Shown one piece after another: positions 1 to 14,900 of a stretch of DNA of 64,000 nt; position 1 is the first letter of the stretch; the number at the start of each line of letters is the position of its first letter. Below the pieces are notes generated by a model that was not told the DNA's origin, ran no database searches, and worked only from the letters and a program-made list of their open reading frames with translations. A program made the translations under genes and the position numbers. Source of the stretch: Diplonema japonicum (taxonomy: Eukaryota > Protista > Euglenozoa: Diplonemea); assembly GCA_964019335.1 (NCBI GenBank), contig OZ025743.1:248001-312000 (forward strand), read 5' to 3'.

Positions 1-1600
1 GGGGCCAAGCCTCGAGGTGGACGATGGCGGAAGGGACCATGTAGGCGGGGAGCTTGGAGTCGAGGAGTGTGTTGACAGAGGGAGCGGCGTCGGCGTCGGC
101 CGTGTGCCCCCTCGCGATCACGTAGGCGACGATCCTCTTGTCCCCAGGGATGTCCTCCCTGACGAGACACAGAACGTCCGCTGTCTCTGGGTGCTGGCGA
201 ATCACGTTTTCGATCTCCCCGAGCTCGATCCTGAACCCCCTGATCTTCACCTGGAAGTCCACCCGCCCGATGTACTCCACCGTCCCGTCCGCGAGCCACC
301 GCCCCACGTCCCCGGTCTTGTACAGCCGCCCGCCCTTCCCGGCCGCTCCGAACGGGTCCGCCACGAACCTCTGCGCCGTCAGCCGCGGTTGGTTCTGGTA
401 CCCCCGCGCCAGCTGGTACTTGCCCCCGACGTGCAGCTCCCCACACACCCCGAGGGGCACCGGTTCCATCGCCTCGTTCAACAGGTACATCGTGAAGTCC
501 TTCAGCGGGGTTCCGATGTTGCTCTGGAAGGCCCGCGACATCACCTCCTCCGTGATCTCCTTGATCGTCACGTGAACAGTTGTCTCTGTGATCCCGTACA
601 TGTTCACCAACCGGGGCTGCTTGTACCCGAACCTCTCGAACCACTCCTTCAGGTTAGCCAGTTCCAACTTCTCTCCCCCGAAGACCACGTACCTCACTTG
701 TAGTTCTTTCTTCTTCTTCTTCTTCTCCTTCTTCCCCTCCTCCTCCTCCTGTCCTTCCCCGAGAGCGTAAGGAATGAGTTGGTAGAAAGCAGAGGGTGTC
801 TGGTTCAACACCGTCACCCCCTCATCCACGAGGAGCTCGTAGAAGTCGGGTGGGGATCGAGACACCAAATACGGAACAACCACAAGCTTCCCCCCGTAGC
901 AGAGGGCCCCGTACAGTTCCCAGACACTGAAGTCGAAGGCGGAGCTGTGAAACATCGTCCAGCAGTCCCGTTCTCCGAACCCGTAGAATTCCTCCGATGC
1001 CCGCAGCAGGTGCACCACGTTTCGGTGGCAGATGAAGATCCCCTTCGGCCTTCCTGTGGAACCGGAGGTGAAGATGATGTAGCACAGGTTCTTGCTTGTC
1101 GCCTCCCTCTTCTTTGGGGCAGCTTCCTCCATCACTCCGCTTCCGCTGTTCTCTCCCTCCCCGCCCTTCTCCATGTAGAAGAGCTCTCCCTTGAAGTCGA
1201 GCTCGGCGAGGGCGGCCTTGTGCTCCTCCCGCGTCACCACGTACATCATTTTGCAGTCCTCGATCATGTAGGCGAGGCGGTCCTGCGGGTAGGTCACGTC
1301 CAACGGGATGTACCCTCCCCCTGCCTTCAGGACTGCCATGATCCCCACCACCAGCTCAAGGGACCTCTCCACGTACACCCCTACCAGTACGTCGGGACCC
1401 ACCCCCGCTCTTTTCAGGTGGGCAGCCACACGAGACGCCGCAACGTCCAGCTCCTTGTACGTCAGGCGTTCTCCTCCGTACACCACAGCCGTCCGCTCCC
1501 CGTGCGCCGCAACGCACTTCTCGAACATCCCGTGAAGCGTCTCGTCGCACTCCACATCCTCCTGACGGTCGTTCCACTCCACCAGCATCTGGTGCTGCTC
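1..1600. repeat. Dispersed direct repeat: Thr A domain, copy of 32008-33607
   Basis: Identical shadow ORFs at offset 32007 (138..575 vs 32145..32582; 822..1085 vs 32829..33092). Confidence 0.95.
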
Positions 1601-2915
1601 AACTTTGCTAAGCATAGAGACTGTCGCGTACGGTGCCATCGGTGAGTCAAGAAGGGAGCCGCACAGGTTGATGAAGTGATTCAACATGCGCGACGCCGTT
1701 TCCCTGTGGAACAGGTCGGTGTTGAACTCCAGAGTGAGCTCGTACCCCGTAAGGCGCTCCAAAGCGTTCAGCGTGATGTCGAACTTGCTGATCGTGTTCC
1801 TCGTGTCCACGAAGGACAGCAACAAGTCGTCGCCCAGTTGAGGGTCCATGGGAACGTCTTGCAGAACGAAGCACGCTTGGAACAGAGGGTTGCGGGAGAG
1901 GTCGCGGGCAGGTTGCACGATGTCGACGACCTGCTCAAAGGGAATGTCTCGGTGGGTGTATGCCTTGATGCAGGTGTCCTTTACAATTGTCAAAAGGTCC
2001 TCGAAAGAGCACTTCCCGCTAGAGGCTACTCTGAACACCAAGGTGTTCACGAAGTCGCCCACGCACTTGCTTCCATCACGCCTGCCAACTATGGGCGATC
2101 CCACAGAAACATCGCTAGTGTTGCAATATCTGGACAACAGCACGTTGTACACAGTCAGCAGCGTCATGAAGGTGGTGCAGTTGTTGGCGCTCCCGAAGGC
2201 TTTTAGCCTGTCGGCCACTTCTCTGGGCAGCATCACAGTCACGGAATCGCCGTTGAACGTCTGTCTAGGAGGGCGTGTGAAGTCCAAAGGCAGCTCCAGC
2301 AGCGGTGCGTCAGCAAGGGCATTCTTCCAGTATTCTCCCTGTACCTGCAGCACACTCGGCAGCGCCTGCCGTTGCCATACGGCGTAGTCTGCGTACTGGT
2401 AAGGAAGCTCTTCTTCCTCGTCGGTTTTACCGTTGATCTCTTTGTAGTACCTCTGCGCCAGCTCCTCGACCAAAATGCCAACAGAAGAGCCGTCAGCAAT
2501 GATGTGGTGCACTACTAAGCAGAACACATGGTTTGCTTCTCCCTGTTTCACAAGGCAGCACTTGAACAGTGGGCCTTCAGAGAGACTGAACACGACCTCT
2601 GCTTCCTCTTGGATGATACCACGCAGAAGCTTGTCTTGCTGTCCTGCAGGCTCGGAGCTGATGTCAACGATGGAGAGAGGTGTCGACAGGGTGCATGCAT
2701 CAGATATGATCTGCTTTGGTCCATCGTCATGTTCTTCAAACGTGGTACGGAGGGATTCGTGACGTTCTACAAGGTACTTTACACAGCTCTGCAGCACGTT
2801 GACATCAAGGTGCCCTTCAAACCTCACAACAAGCGGTAGATTGTATGCAGCGCTGTTCGTCGATAGCTGCGACACAATCCACAATCTTTGCTGCGAGTAC
2901 GACACTGGCATCACT
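2..2915 (-). other. NRPS module 12 (partial): C(HHIIADG)-A Thr, cut by the window edge
   Basis: A domain matches module 2 (offset 32007 nt). Confidence 0.87.
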
Positions 2916-5900
2916 GTCCTCCCGTCCACGGTAGCCCTCTCCACATGCTGTACGCCAGCCACCATTCCTGTACCACCCTTTCTCACAAACCTCGCCATGC
3001 CCCTCACAGTCGGATCTTCATACAAGTCCTTCAGAGTCATGCTGCACTCATACGTCTCATTGATGTTCGTCACCAGCATCACCGCCATCAGCGATTGCCC
3101 GCCGATGCCGAAGAAGTCGTCGTCTCTCCCGACGTCCTCTCTCTGCAGCAAAGACTTCAGGATCTCTGCGATCTTCGTTTCCACACTTCCTTCAGGCACA
3201 GCATGTGAAGAAGACTTGCCTGCGTTCATCATCGCATGTCCATCCATGAGTGCCTTCCTGTCTACCTTCCCCGAAGTGTTCTTGGGAAGGGAAGAGAGGA
3301 AGAGGAAGAAGGAAGGGACCATGTAAGAGGGGAGAGAGGACTGGAGGGAGGAGCGAAGGGAGAGGATAAGCTCGTCCTCGTGGACTTGGTCCCGAGGGGC
3401 CTCCGCCAGAACGATGTAGGCGGCGATCGACGAGGATGCTTGTGACAGGGTGCAGCAGCAGTCTTTCACCTCCACTGCCTTTTGCTGACGAACAGCCCCC
3501 TCCACCTCCCCGAGCTCGATCCTGAAGCCACGAACCTTCACCTGGAAGTCCGCCCGACCGCAGAACACCACCCGCCCGTCCTCCTTGAACCTCCCAAGGT
3601 CCCCTGTCTTGTACATCCTGTCCTTCCCGCTGCTCCCGAAAGGGTCCTTCTTGAAACTCTCCGAGGTGAGGTCCGCCCGACCCACGTAGCCACGGGACAC
3701 CTGAGGACCCCCGATCCAGATCATCCCGGTTGCTCCAACAGGGCACAGCTTCCTCTCAGAGTCGAGGATTCGAACCCTCGTGTTCGGGAGAGCCCGCCCG
3801 ATCCCCATCGCCACTTCCGTGTCGTCAGATAGGTCCCCCCGCTTGAAGGTCTCGCAGGTCACCTCCACACAGGTCTCCGTCGGGCCGTAGCAATTGTGGA
3901 ACACCGTGTCGTCCCTCGCCCCGGTCATCCACCTCCGAGCCACCTCCGCAGAAGCCGCCTCCCCTCCCGAGTGGATCCTCTTCAGATCCCGAAGCCCCGT
4001 CCCTTCCACGGATCGCATCACAGAGGGGGTGAGGAACACGCTCTCCACACGCTGTACCTCCAAGAAGTCACGGAGCCCGCTGGTCCTCTCCTCACCGACA
4101 GCCATCGCGAGCCTTGCCCCACCGCACAGGGCGCACAACGTGTCCATCACACTGATGTCGAAGGTGTAGGCGTAGAACTGCAGAGTCCTCTCCCCTTCAC
4201 GTCCCACCACGCGTCCCTCCGTTCCCTTCAGAAGGTTCCACAGGTTCCTCTGTTCCACCACCACACCCTTCGGCTTCCCAGTCGACCCTGATGTGAACAG
4301 GCAGTAGGCCGCAGAGCCTCCCTCCACACAGCCTCTCTTCACCTTCAGTTCTTCAGAAGGAATGTCTTCTTCTTCTTCTTCTTCTTCCCCGCTTCTTCGT
4401 GTGTACAGAACCTGTACCCCGTCCTCCAAGAAGGAGTCACACCCACCGACAGGGCCGTTGCTCACCACCACTCGCACCCCACTGCTCTTCGCCATGTACC
4501 GAAGACGCTCCTCAGGGAGCGACGGGTCCAACGGGACGAACCCTGCCCCGCTCCGGAGGATCCCCACAGTTCCGGTGATCACCTCCGTCGAGCGCGTGCA
4601 GTGGAGACCCACCAACAGCTCCCCTTCGCCGTCCCGCCTCTTCTCCAGCAGTTCCCATGCCACTCTCCGGCTCCTCCTCTCGAGTTCGCCGTAAGTTACT
4701 GCTTCCGTCTCGCAGGTTACTGCAATCTCGTCCTTCGCCTCCTCCATCCTCTCCTCCAGTGCCTCCACAACGTTCCCTTCCCCGAAGTCAACTTCGTTGC
4801 TGTTCCACTCCACAAGGAGTCGGCGCGTGTCTTCAGGGTCAATGACAGAGATGTCTGAGATGAAAACTGCGGGGCTGGAGACAGAGGACTCAACTAGGGT
4901 CTTGAGCGACCGGAGGAGCCGGAGTGCTGTGGCCTCGTCAAAGAGGTCAGTGTTGTACTCAAGTGCAATGCAATGGGCAGCTTCCTGCTTCGTAACATTG
5001 AAAGTGAGGTCCATCTTCGCCACAATATCCTCCTGTTCAATACGTGTTAGCTTGAGCTGCGCATCGACATCGGCAGCAGGTGACGGCGTAGTAGAAATGT
5101 TAAGCAGCACCTGGAAGATCGGGTTACGGCTTAGGTCACGCACAGGGCTGATGGTGTCGACCAGCCTCTCGAAGGGGTAGTCAGAGTGGGTCAGTGCTTG
5201 GAGACAGATCTCCTTGCTCTTTGCAAAGAAGGCCTCAACAGTGTCGGTCGGTGTAACGTTGAAACGCAGCGCAAGTGTATTGACGAAGAACCCAATGAGG
5301 GCCTCTGCCTGAGGGAGCAGTCTGCAAGACACGGGCGTCCCAATCACGACATCAGTGCTTCCTGAGAACTTACTCACCAACACGCTCAAACAGCTTTGCA
5401 GCAGCATGAACAGTGTCAGTCCGTATTTCCCACAAGCGCTCTCTACGATGCAGGTATCAACATCGACACTCACCACCGCTCCGTTGAAGGTCTGCACGGC
5501 GCCTCGAGGACGGTCCGTAGGGATCTCAGTCGTAGGCAGCCCTGTGTCTTGCAAGAGGTGCTCCGTCCAGTACTTGCTCATGACGTCCAGCTTCTGTTCT
5601 GTGAAGGTAGTGCGTTCCCACAACGCGTACGTTCTGTACTGTGTGGTAAGAGGTGGTAGACGCTCGCCTGCGTATAGCCTGCAGAGCTCCGACACGAAAA
5701 TGGAGCTCGACCATGCATCGGTGATGATGTGGTGAAGACTGACTTCAAGATGCCATTTTGCTTCGGCTTGGTTCACAACCTTCACCTCGTATAGCGGGTA
5801 CCTTGATAACATGAACTTCGCGTTTCTGGTATCATCGGCGATCCTTGTCGTGCTCGACACCTCGTCGTAGCCAAGCACCTTCTGCACCACCTTACCTCCA

Positions 5901-8900
5901 GCGATCGTAAACACGGTTCTAAGCGACTCGTGCCTGTCCACCAGCTGCTTCAAGGCGTCTTCCAAGCGCTTCACTTCCAGACTGCCCTGTACCTCAAATA
6001 CGTCCGTCATCCTGTAAGCTTCTGCATCGGACTCGATCTGATCAAGCATGTAAATCCTCTGCATGGCAAAGGTAAGCGGTGCGTCATCTGCACTGGGTTC
6101 CATATCTTCAATCTTTGGTAGAGCTGCTTTGGGTGCCTTCACAACAGCAGTGGCCATGTCAGCAAGGACAGGGTGTTCGAAGACTGTCCTGATGGACAGC
6201 TCGACACCAAGGAGCTTCCTCACCTTCGAGACCAGTCTGGTTGCGGAGATGCTGTCTCCTCCAAAGGAGAAGAAGTCTGAGCCCCTCCCGGCCTTGCTGT
6301 TCCCTCCGAGGACCTCCTCCCATGCGGAGGCGAGACCCTTCTCCACTGCCCCGCGAGGCTCTTCGAACTCCTCCCCGTCTTCTTCAACAGGGACGGGAAG
6401 ACGCTTCCTGTCAACCTTCCCTGCCGCCGACAAGGGAAAGCTCTCCATCCGCACCAGTACGGACGGGACCATGTAGGCAGGAAGTGCCTTCTGTGCCTGT
6501 GACGTCACCGCCTCTCTCCACTCCTCCCCTGCACCAGAGGACTCCTCCTTCTCCTCCTCCAGCACAAAATAGGCAACGAGCCTCTTCTGCCCAGGAAGAT
6601 CCTCTCGCACCACAACAGCGACTTCCACGACACCAGCGACCCTGCTGAGGACAGCCTCCACCTCCCCGAGCTCGATGCGAAGGCCTCGAAGCTTCACCTG
6701 GAAGTCCATCCTCCCACAGAACACGACTTCCCCAGTCTCCAGGCGCCTCCCCAGGTCCCCGCTGAGGTACATCCTCCCACACCCAGGGCTTTTCCCGAGG
6801 GGGAACGGGTCCGCCACAAACTTCTGTGCCGTGAGCCTCGCGTCCCCGACGTAGCCGCGTGCCACCTGAACCCCACCGAAGGCGATCTGCCCCACCACCC
6901 CGGGGCCCACAGCCGCCATCCGCTTGTCCACCACGTAGCACAGAACATTCCTCAGAGGCATCCCGATGGGAACAGGCCCGCCGCCAAGGAGGCGTACCCG
7001 CTCCAAAGCCGCCCCGTCCCTCTCGAACACGAATGCGTTCGTCGACACGCTCACCTCCGTCGGACCGTACGAGTTGATGAGCCTCACCCCTGCTCCCATG
7101 CACCTCTCCACCTGCACCAACGGGAGCTCCTCTCCCATCGCCGCAATCGTGCGAAGCCGGGGGAACACTCTCTTCCCTTGTTCTTCTGTTGAAAGTTGTG
7201 TTTGCTCATCCTTCTCTCCTCCTCCCCCGTTGTTGAAGAAGGGGAGGCCCGCGAGCACCGACGGAGACAGCTGGCACATTTCCACCCTCTCCTTCGCAAG
7301 AAGGGCCGCGAGGTCCTCCCCAAGAGGCTGCCTCGACCCTTCCCCGAAGACAAGGGTGCCCCCTTGCAGCAAGGCAAGGAACACCTCGCTGATCGACGCA
7401 TCGAAGGTGAACGACGCGAACTCCAGAACCCGCGCCCCTTCCCCGGGGGCGAATCGCTCTCCCTCACCGTAGATGAAGCTGCACAGCCCAGCGTGCTCGA
7501 TCTGTACCCCTTTCGGTTTCCCTGTCGACCCTGAGGTGTAGATCACGTAGGCAAGGTCTTTCTCGGACAGGTCCCCCTCGCCTTTGCTTGAAGAGACCTG
7601 CTGCGCCCCTCCCTTCTGCTCCTTCATCATCTCCTCAGCTGCCAGAACCTGAACAGAGGAATCAGCAGAGAGGCGCTCCGCCACCTGCGTCCTGTCATCC
7701 TTCAGACACACCACAACCTGCATCCCGATGTCTTCCATGATGTACAGGAGCCTCTCCGAGGGGATGTCTCTTGCCAGCGGGACGTACACGGCCTCTCCTC
7801 GCCAGCATCCGAGCATCGCCACCAGTGCAAGGAGGGAGCGGTCCATGAGGACACCGACAGCCCCGCCCTTTCGAACACCGGCCTCCCGGAGCCCTGCCCC
7901 CACGCGGCCGACCAACTCTTCAAGCCTTCCGTAGGTCACCAGGTCTTCTCCGCACTGCACCGCCACGCTGTCAGGCCTCTCCATGCTCATCTCCTTCACG
8001 ATCCTGTCCACTCGCTGCGTCTTGTAAGGCACCGACTCGTCCAGCTCGTTCCACCCCACAGTTACCTTCTGGTGCTCTTCAGGAGTCATCGTAGATAGAG
8101 ACCCAACAGGTGTGGAGGGATCACGCAAAATATCATCAAGAAGGATTTCCCACCTGCGAAGGAAGGCAGTGATGTCAGCGGCCTCGAAGAGGTCTGTGTT
8201 GTACTCACAGATGATGGTCGTGCCTGTCGATGTTTCTGCGGCTGTAAGCATCAAGTCGAACTTAGCGACAGTGCTCGGTACGTCAAAGGGCTCATAAGTA
8301 GTGCCCGAGGAGGGTGCCATGGACTTGGCTTCCATGTCGAACATGACTTGGAAGAGAGGGTTGCGGCTGGGGTCTCTTTGCGGCTGGACTAGCTGCACGA
8401 TGTCCTCGAAAGGCAGCATGGCGTGTGTGAAGATGTCGCTCACATCCTTCTTGACATCCGCCACAAGGTCCGAAAAGGGTTGCAGGGGATGGGACTTCGT
8501 CCTGTACACCACTGTGTTCATGAAGAAGCCTAGTACGTCTTGGATCTGGGGGTTCAGCCTGTTGGCCATGACACCGCCCACCATGACTTCGTCAACACCC
8601 GACCACTTGGCAAGCACTACGTGCAAGGACGCCAAAAGCATCTGATGAATTGTTACACCGAATTCTGTGCACAACTTGTTCAACCCTTGTGTCACGTCTG
8701 GCACGATGAGCATGTCGATGGAGCTCCCGTTGAAGGTTTGCACTGGCGGGCGTTTTTTATTCGAGATGTTGATTACAGGCAGGTCACCGGACAGGTACGA
8801 CTGCCAGAAGGACTTTGCCGAGTGCGGTCTGCACGCCTCACGATGCCACACGGCATAGTCGATGTACTGCACAGGTAGCGGTGGGAACTCAGGGGTGGTA

Positions 8901-11900
8901 CCCGAGAGGTATGCCTCGTAGCATGCAATAAGCTGTTGGATAAGCATTCCCATGGACCACCCATCGCCCACAATGTGGTGAAGCGTCAGCAGCAGCAGCT
9001 GATCGATACCGTTGGTGGCGGTCTTCACACGAAGAAGAGGTGCTGTCGCAAGATCGAAGCACTGCTGTGCCTCCACCCTGGCTGTGGACAAAAGATCTTC
9101 GGTGTGGATGGTCTCGACCGGGCACAGCACAGGACCTTCGGCAACTACCTGCTGCGGCTGCTCAGTGCTGCTTTCAATGAAGTACGTCCTGAGCGACTCG
9201 TGTCTGTCCAACATCGCATCCACCGCACGCTGCAGTACCGGAACGTTGATTTTGCTACCTACCTTCACTGCAAAGGGCAAGTTGTATGCAGCCGACTCGC
9301 GGTCCATCATAGTCATGATGTAGATCTGGTGCTGCGCGGGGCTCAACGGGTACGGCACCGTGCGCTGCTCCAGCACAGCGATTTGCTCCTGTTCGAAGTC
9401 TGCCCCATCAGCGCCCAGCAGTTGGTCCGCTTTACATGCGATTGCCACAACAGAAGGGTCTGCAAAGAAGTCTTTGATGGGTACTTCAACACCTAAACGC
9501 ACTTTCAGCGCTGCAAGCAGCTTCACGGCAAGAAGCGAATGTCCCCCAAGGTTGAAGAACTTCCCGTTCCTCCCAACAGTGCAGCCCAGCAGGTCGGTGA
9601 AGACTTCCGCGACAATGCGCTCGGAATACGTTTCCGGAGGCTGGTAAGAGGCGGGGAGGACTGCGTCAGGGATGGGAAGGGCTTTCTTGTCGACCTTTCC
9701 TGCGGGGTTCAGAGGCATAGACTCGAGACACACGACGGCAGATGGTACCATGTGTACAGGAAGTGTTCCTGCTGCATGGGTAGTGATGGTGTCGGTGTCT
9801 GCGGTGCCAACAACGTACGCCACAATGCGCTTGTCGCCGGGCGTGTCCTCACGGACGATGCAGACACAGTCGGCGACGCCTTGGCAGGAGATCACCGCGG
9901 CCTCGATCTCCCCGAGCTCGATCCGGAACCCACGGATCTTCACCTGGTGGTCGATCCTTCCGACGAACTCAATATTACCATCACGCAAGTACCTCGCAAG
10001 GTCGCCCGTACGATACATCCTCTGCGAGGAGTCGAACGGTGATGTAGTAAATTTCTCCGCAGTCAACTCCGGCCTGTTCAGGTACCCACGAGTCACCTGG
10101 ATACCAGCTACACAGATCTCACCAGCAACACCGATCGGCTGCGGTGACGCGGTGGGCGACAAGATGTACAGGGATTGGTTGTGTGTGACCCTTCCGATAG
10201 GAACAAAGTGCTGCGGGGTGTTCGGGGTGACCTCGTAGTGAGTGGCCTCAATGGACGTCTCGGTGGGACCGTACAGGTTGAAGAACCTCCTGTTCATCAT
10301 CCAGCGCTGCCTGGCGGCAATGGAGCATGCCTCACCAGCAGTCACCATAGAATGCAGCATCGGCAACCCATCTGACGGCAGCACGGCAAGCAGCGATTGC
10401 GGCAGTAAGGCAGCAGTGACGCCCTGTCTGTTCATAATCCTGACCACGTTTTCTCCAAACAGGTCATCTTTTGTCGGCATCACAAGGGCACCTCCTGATC
10501 CAAGGCACATGAACACTTCCCACACAGAAGCGTCGAAGCTGAACGCTGCGAACTGTAAAACACGGTCACACGTTGTCCAGCCAAGGTTCACCCTGTTTGA
10601 ATACACCAGGTTGACGATGCCCTTGTGAGGGACAAGCACACCCTTCGGCTTCCCTGTCGACCCAGAGGTGTAGATCACGTAGGCGAGGTCCTCCTCGCTC
10701 ACGCTGGGCAGTTTCACGTCTCCTACCGTCGTGCTGCAAAACACCTCTTTCACATCAAGGCACCTCACTCCTTCTGGTACGGCAATCCCTGCCAACACTT
10801 CCTTGCTGCTTACTATAACCTTCATCCCCGAATCTTCTATCATGTACTCCAAGCGGTCCTTCGGGTAGTTCGGGTCCAGTGGGACGAATGCACCCCCCGC
10901 CTTCAGAACACCTAAAAGCATGGGTACCAGCTCGAGCGACTTAGGCAAGCAAAGGCCGACAAGTGTGTCGGGGGTGCTGACACCGTGAGCCACGAGATTG
11001 TGGGCGACACAAGTAGTAACTTGTTGGAGCCCCTCGTAGGTGTAGTGTTGGCCTTCGTATGAGAGGGCCACTGTGTCCGGGTGCTCTTCGGCTTCGTCTT
11101 GGAATATTTCGTGCAAAAGCTTCTGTTTGGGAAACGACATTTCACTGTCGTTCCACTCGTTGAGGAGAAGGTGGGTCTCCGAAGGGGTCAGCATTTGAAC
11201 ATTGCGAACCTTCTGATGCGGGTTCTTGAAGACGGCTCTGAGAAGCTCCTGGTAGTGTGCTCCCATCTGGGCGATGGTCTCCCTGTCAAATAGATCTGTG
11301 TTGTACTCCCAGTGGACCTTCACCCCTGCCGCCTCTTCGATGCAACTCACCGTCAGGTCGAACCTCGAGTGAGTCGTTTCCGTCTCGTACGGGGTGGCAT
11401 CTAGATGCCCCTTCTCCTCTGAGGAAGAAGACCCGTACGATGGGGTGTTCTGTAGAATGAACATGACTTGGAAGACGGGGTTCCTGCTCAGGTCTCTGTC
11501 AGGACGGAGTTCTTTGACAAGTTCTTCAAAAGGGAGGTTCGAGTTGGAAAAGGCCTCGAACGCCGTTGCCTTCACCTGCTGGAGCAGCTCCATGAACGTG
11601 GGATCGCCCTCCACCTTGCATCGCACCACAACGGTATTGATGAAGAATCCGATCAGCCCTTCAACAGCCTGCTGCACTCTGCCCGCAACAGGCGTACCCA
11701 ACACAATGTCGTCCTGACCAGAGTATCTCGACATCAGCATGTTGAAGACAGCCAACAGCACCACGTAGGTCGTTGATCCTGTTCGCTTGGCCAAGCTTGA
11801 GACCGACTGTGCTACTCCCGCAGGAATCAGAATGTCCAACGAGCTCCCGCTGTACTGCTGTATCGCAGGGCGGGGCCTGTCTGTTGGAAGCTGCAACGTG

Positions 11901-14900
11901 GGCGCCTCGCTTAGTTTCTCCTTCCAGTACTGCATCTGGTTGCGCAGCGCACTGCCGCTTAGCTGCGATGCCTGCCATTCGGCGTAATCGGTGTACTGCA
12001 CGGCAAGAGGCGGCAATGATTCACCAGCATACAACCTGGACAGCTCTCCGATGAAGATAGCAAGCGACCACCCGTCAGAAACAATGTGGTGCATGCACAG
12101 GCACAGGAGGGACGTGTTCTCGTCAAGTTTGACAGCCGTCACCCTCGTCAAAGGACCTTCAAGAAGGTCGAAAGGAGTGTACGAATCCTCTGTGGCTACC
12201 TTGCGTGCCATCGACATGCGGTCCTGCTCGCACTCCACATGCGTGAGGTCCACCGCGTTAAGCGGCAGCCCTTGGGGGTCCTTCACGAGTTGCACAGGGT
12301 CGCCTTCTTCGTTCTCGCCGAACACTGTGCGTAGCGTGCCGTGGCGTGCTTCCAATGCGTCCAAAGCGCTCTGCAGGCGCTTCAAGTCAACATTCTTCAC
12401 AATCATCGCAACAGGCATGTTGTACATCGTGCTGTGCGCGTCCATCTGCAACACGGTCCACATCTGCCTCTGAGCGAAGGATAGTGTTGCCTTCTTGCTG
12501 CCCAAAGCAACGATCTCTTCAAACTTCGCGTCGCCAGTAGCCACCAAAGACGCGACCATCTTCGCAACTGCCGACAATGTTGAGGACTCGAAGAAGGCTT
12601 TCAGAGGGAAGTCCACCCCAAAGTCCGTCTTGATTTGCGACATGAGACGCACTGCAAGCAGACTGTGTCCACCGATCTCGAAGAAATCGTCAGCAGACCC
12701 AACGTCGCTCACTCCGAGCATGGCCTCCCACATCTTCGCCACCTCTACCTCGTACACACCGGTAGGTGCAACGTAGCCATCTTTGTTGACAGCGTAAACC
12801 TCAGGCTCCGGAAGCTTCTTCCTGTCGTACTTCCCAGTTGCACCTCTCGGGAAGTCTTGGAGGATGACAAAAGCATGGGGAACCATGTATCCCGGGAGGC
12901 TGGCGGAGAGGAAGGTGTGGAGGTCTTGGGAAGAGAGGGTCTCCCAGTGTTCCCCTGCGAGGATGTAGGCGACGAGCCTCTTGTCCCCAAGGGCGGTCTC
13001 CCTCGCGAGGCAGATGGAGTCGTGGACCTGAGGGTGCTCCGAGAGGCGCGCCTCGATCTCCCCGAGCTCCACGCGGTAGCCTCGGATCTTTACCTGTTGG
13101 TCCACCCTCCCCAGGAAGTCGATGTTCCCGTCCGGGAGGTACCTCCCCAGGTCCCCGCTCCTGTACATCCTGTCCCCTTCCCTCCCGGTGAAGCGGTTCG
13201 GGACGAACACCTTCGGGGTGAGGTCGTCACGCTTCCTGTAGCCGCGAGCCACCTGCCTCCCCCCACACACGATCTCCCCGGCCACCCCGACAGGGAGCGG
13301 GTTCAGGTATTTGTCCACCACGTACAGCTGCAGGTTGCAGTTCGGACGACCAGCAGGTGCCCCCTTCCCGTACCCGTCGGCCCCGCCGCCGTCGTGCGGA
13401 ACCACGAACCAAGACACCTCGCACGAGCACTCCGTAGGCCCATAGGCGTTGATGAGCTTTCGGGTCGGGGTCGCCCACTTCTCCACGATCAGATTGATAC
13501 ACGGTTCCCCGGCGCTCACCAGCACCCGCAGGCGCGGGCACCCGACGCTCTCCATCGTCTTCAGCAGAGCAGGAGGGAACATCCCCGCATCCACCTCGTT
13601 CCGCTCCATGAACCCCACCAGGTTGTCCCCGAGGAGCTCCTCCTTCGCAGCCATCCACAGGGTCGCTCCTGTCATGAACGCCATCCCGAACTCCAAGATC
13701 GACGGGTCGAAGCTGTACGTGTAGAACTGAAGCATGTTGTCCCCGGGACGAAGCCCGTACTCCCTGTTCAGCGACACGCAGTTGTTGAGAGGGCCCTGTT
13801 GCATCACTTCCACACCCTTCGGCCGACCGGTCGACCCTGACGTGTAGATCACCATGAACAGGTCTTTCAGAGACCTCCCCTCACGAGAGGGGTTCTCCCT
13901 CTTCCCGCTGCTCTTCTTCTTCTTCTTCTCACACTTCGTCTCGAAGAAGGCATCAAGGAGAATCACCGTCTCCGCACCGTGTCCCTCGCACACCGTCTCC
14001 GCGAGGCGCGAGTCGCTCACCAAGAACTGCAGCCCAACATCTTCCATCTGGTAGACGAGCCTCTCCCGAGGGTAGCTCGGGTCCAGCGGGGTGTATGCCC
14101 CGCCAGCCTTGTGCACCGCCAGAAGAGCAACGGGGAGCCTCCAGCTTCGCTCCACGCACACCCCGACCACAGTGTCCCGCTGCACCCCGGCTTCAATCAG
14201 AGCGTGCGCCAGCTCGTTCGCCCGCCCGTTCACCTCGCTGTAGGTGAGGTGCTCTTCTTCGAACACCACGCACACCTGGTCCGGCATCTCCTCCACCCGC
14301 TCCTCGAACTGCGCGTACAGCGGCTTCGAAGGCAGCTCCAGCTCAGTGTCGTTCCACTCGTACAGAACCTGGTGGCGCTCAGCTGGGGTCAAGATGGGCA
14401 CGTGCCACACTTTGGCATGCGGGTCTTGAGAAAGGTACTCCACAAGTTTTGTGTAGTGAAGCAGCAAACGGGAGGCTGTTGTTTCCGTGAAGACGTCAGT
14501 GTTGTACTCAAGCGACACTTCATAAGTGTTTGAAGCAGTGTCCTCGTGAACGAAGAGGGTGAGGTCCCACTTGGCCACGTTGGACTTGTAGTTGATGTCG
14601 GATACCTCGAGACCAGACGGCAGACTCCTGTGCTTGCTTGCGTTGTGCATCATGAAGAGGACCTGAAAGAGGGGGTGCTTAGACACGTCGCGCTCAAGAT
14701 CGAGAGCATCAACGATCTTCTCGAAAGGCACGTCGCCGTTGGCAAAGGCATCGAGCGAGGTAGCGTGGGTCTGCTTGAGGAGGGACGAGAAGGTGGGGTC
14801 GTCGGAGAGATCGGCACGCATCACCTGAAGGTTGACGAAAAGGCCGATCATGTTGTGTGTTTCAGCGTTGCTCCTGTTTTGGATGGCGGTCCCGACCGGG

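Noticed and set aside
700-760. Lys/Glu-rich inserts in A domains (also ~4365-4390, ~7170-7235, ~13900-13935) as introns
   Set aside because: They lack GTAT...AG boundaries, are built from in-frame GAA/AAG triplets rather than pure poly(A), and fall in variable loops. Non-canonical introns cannot be excluded without RNA data.
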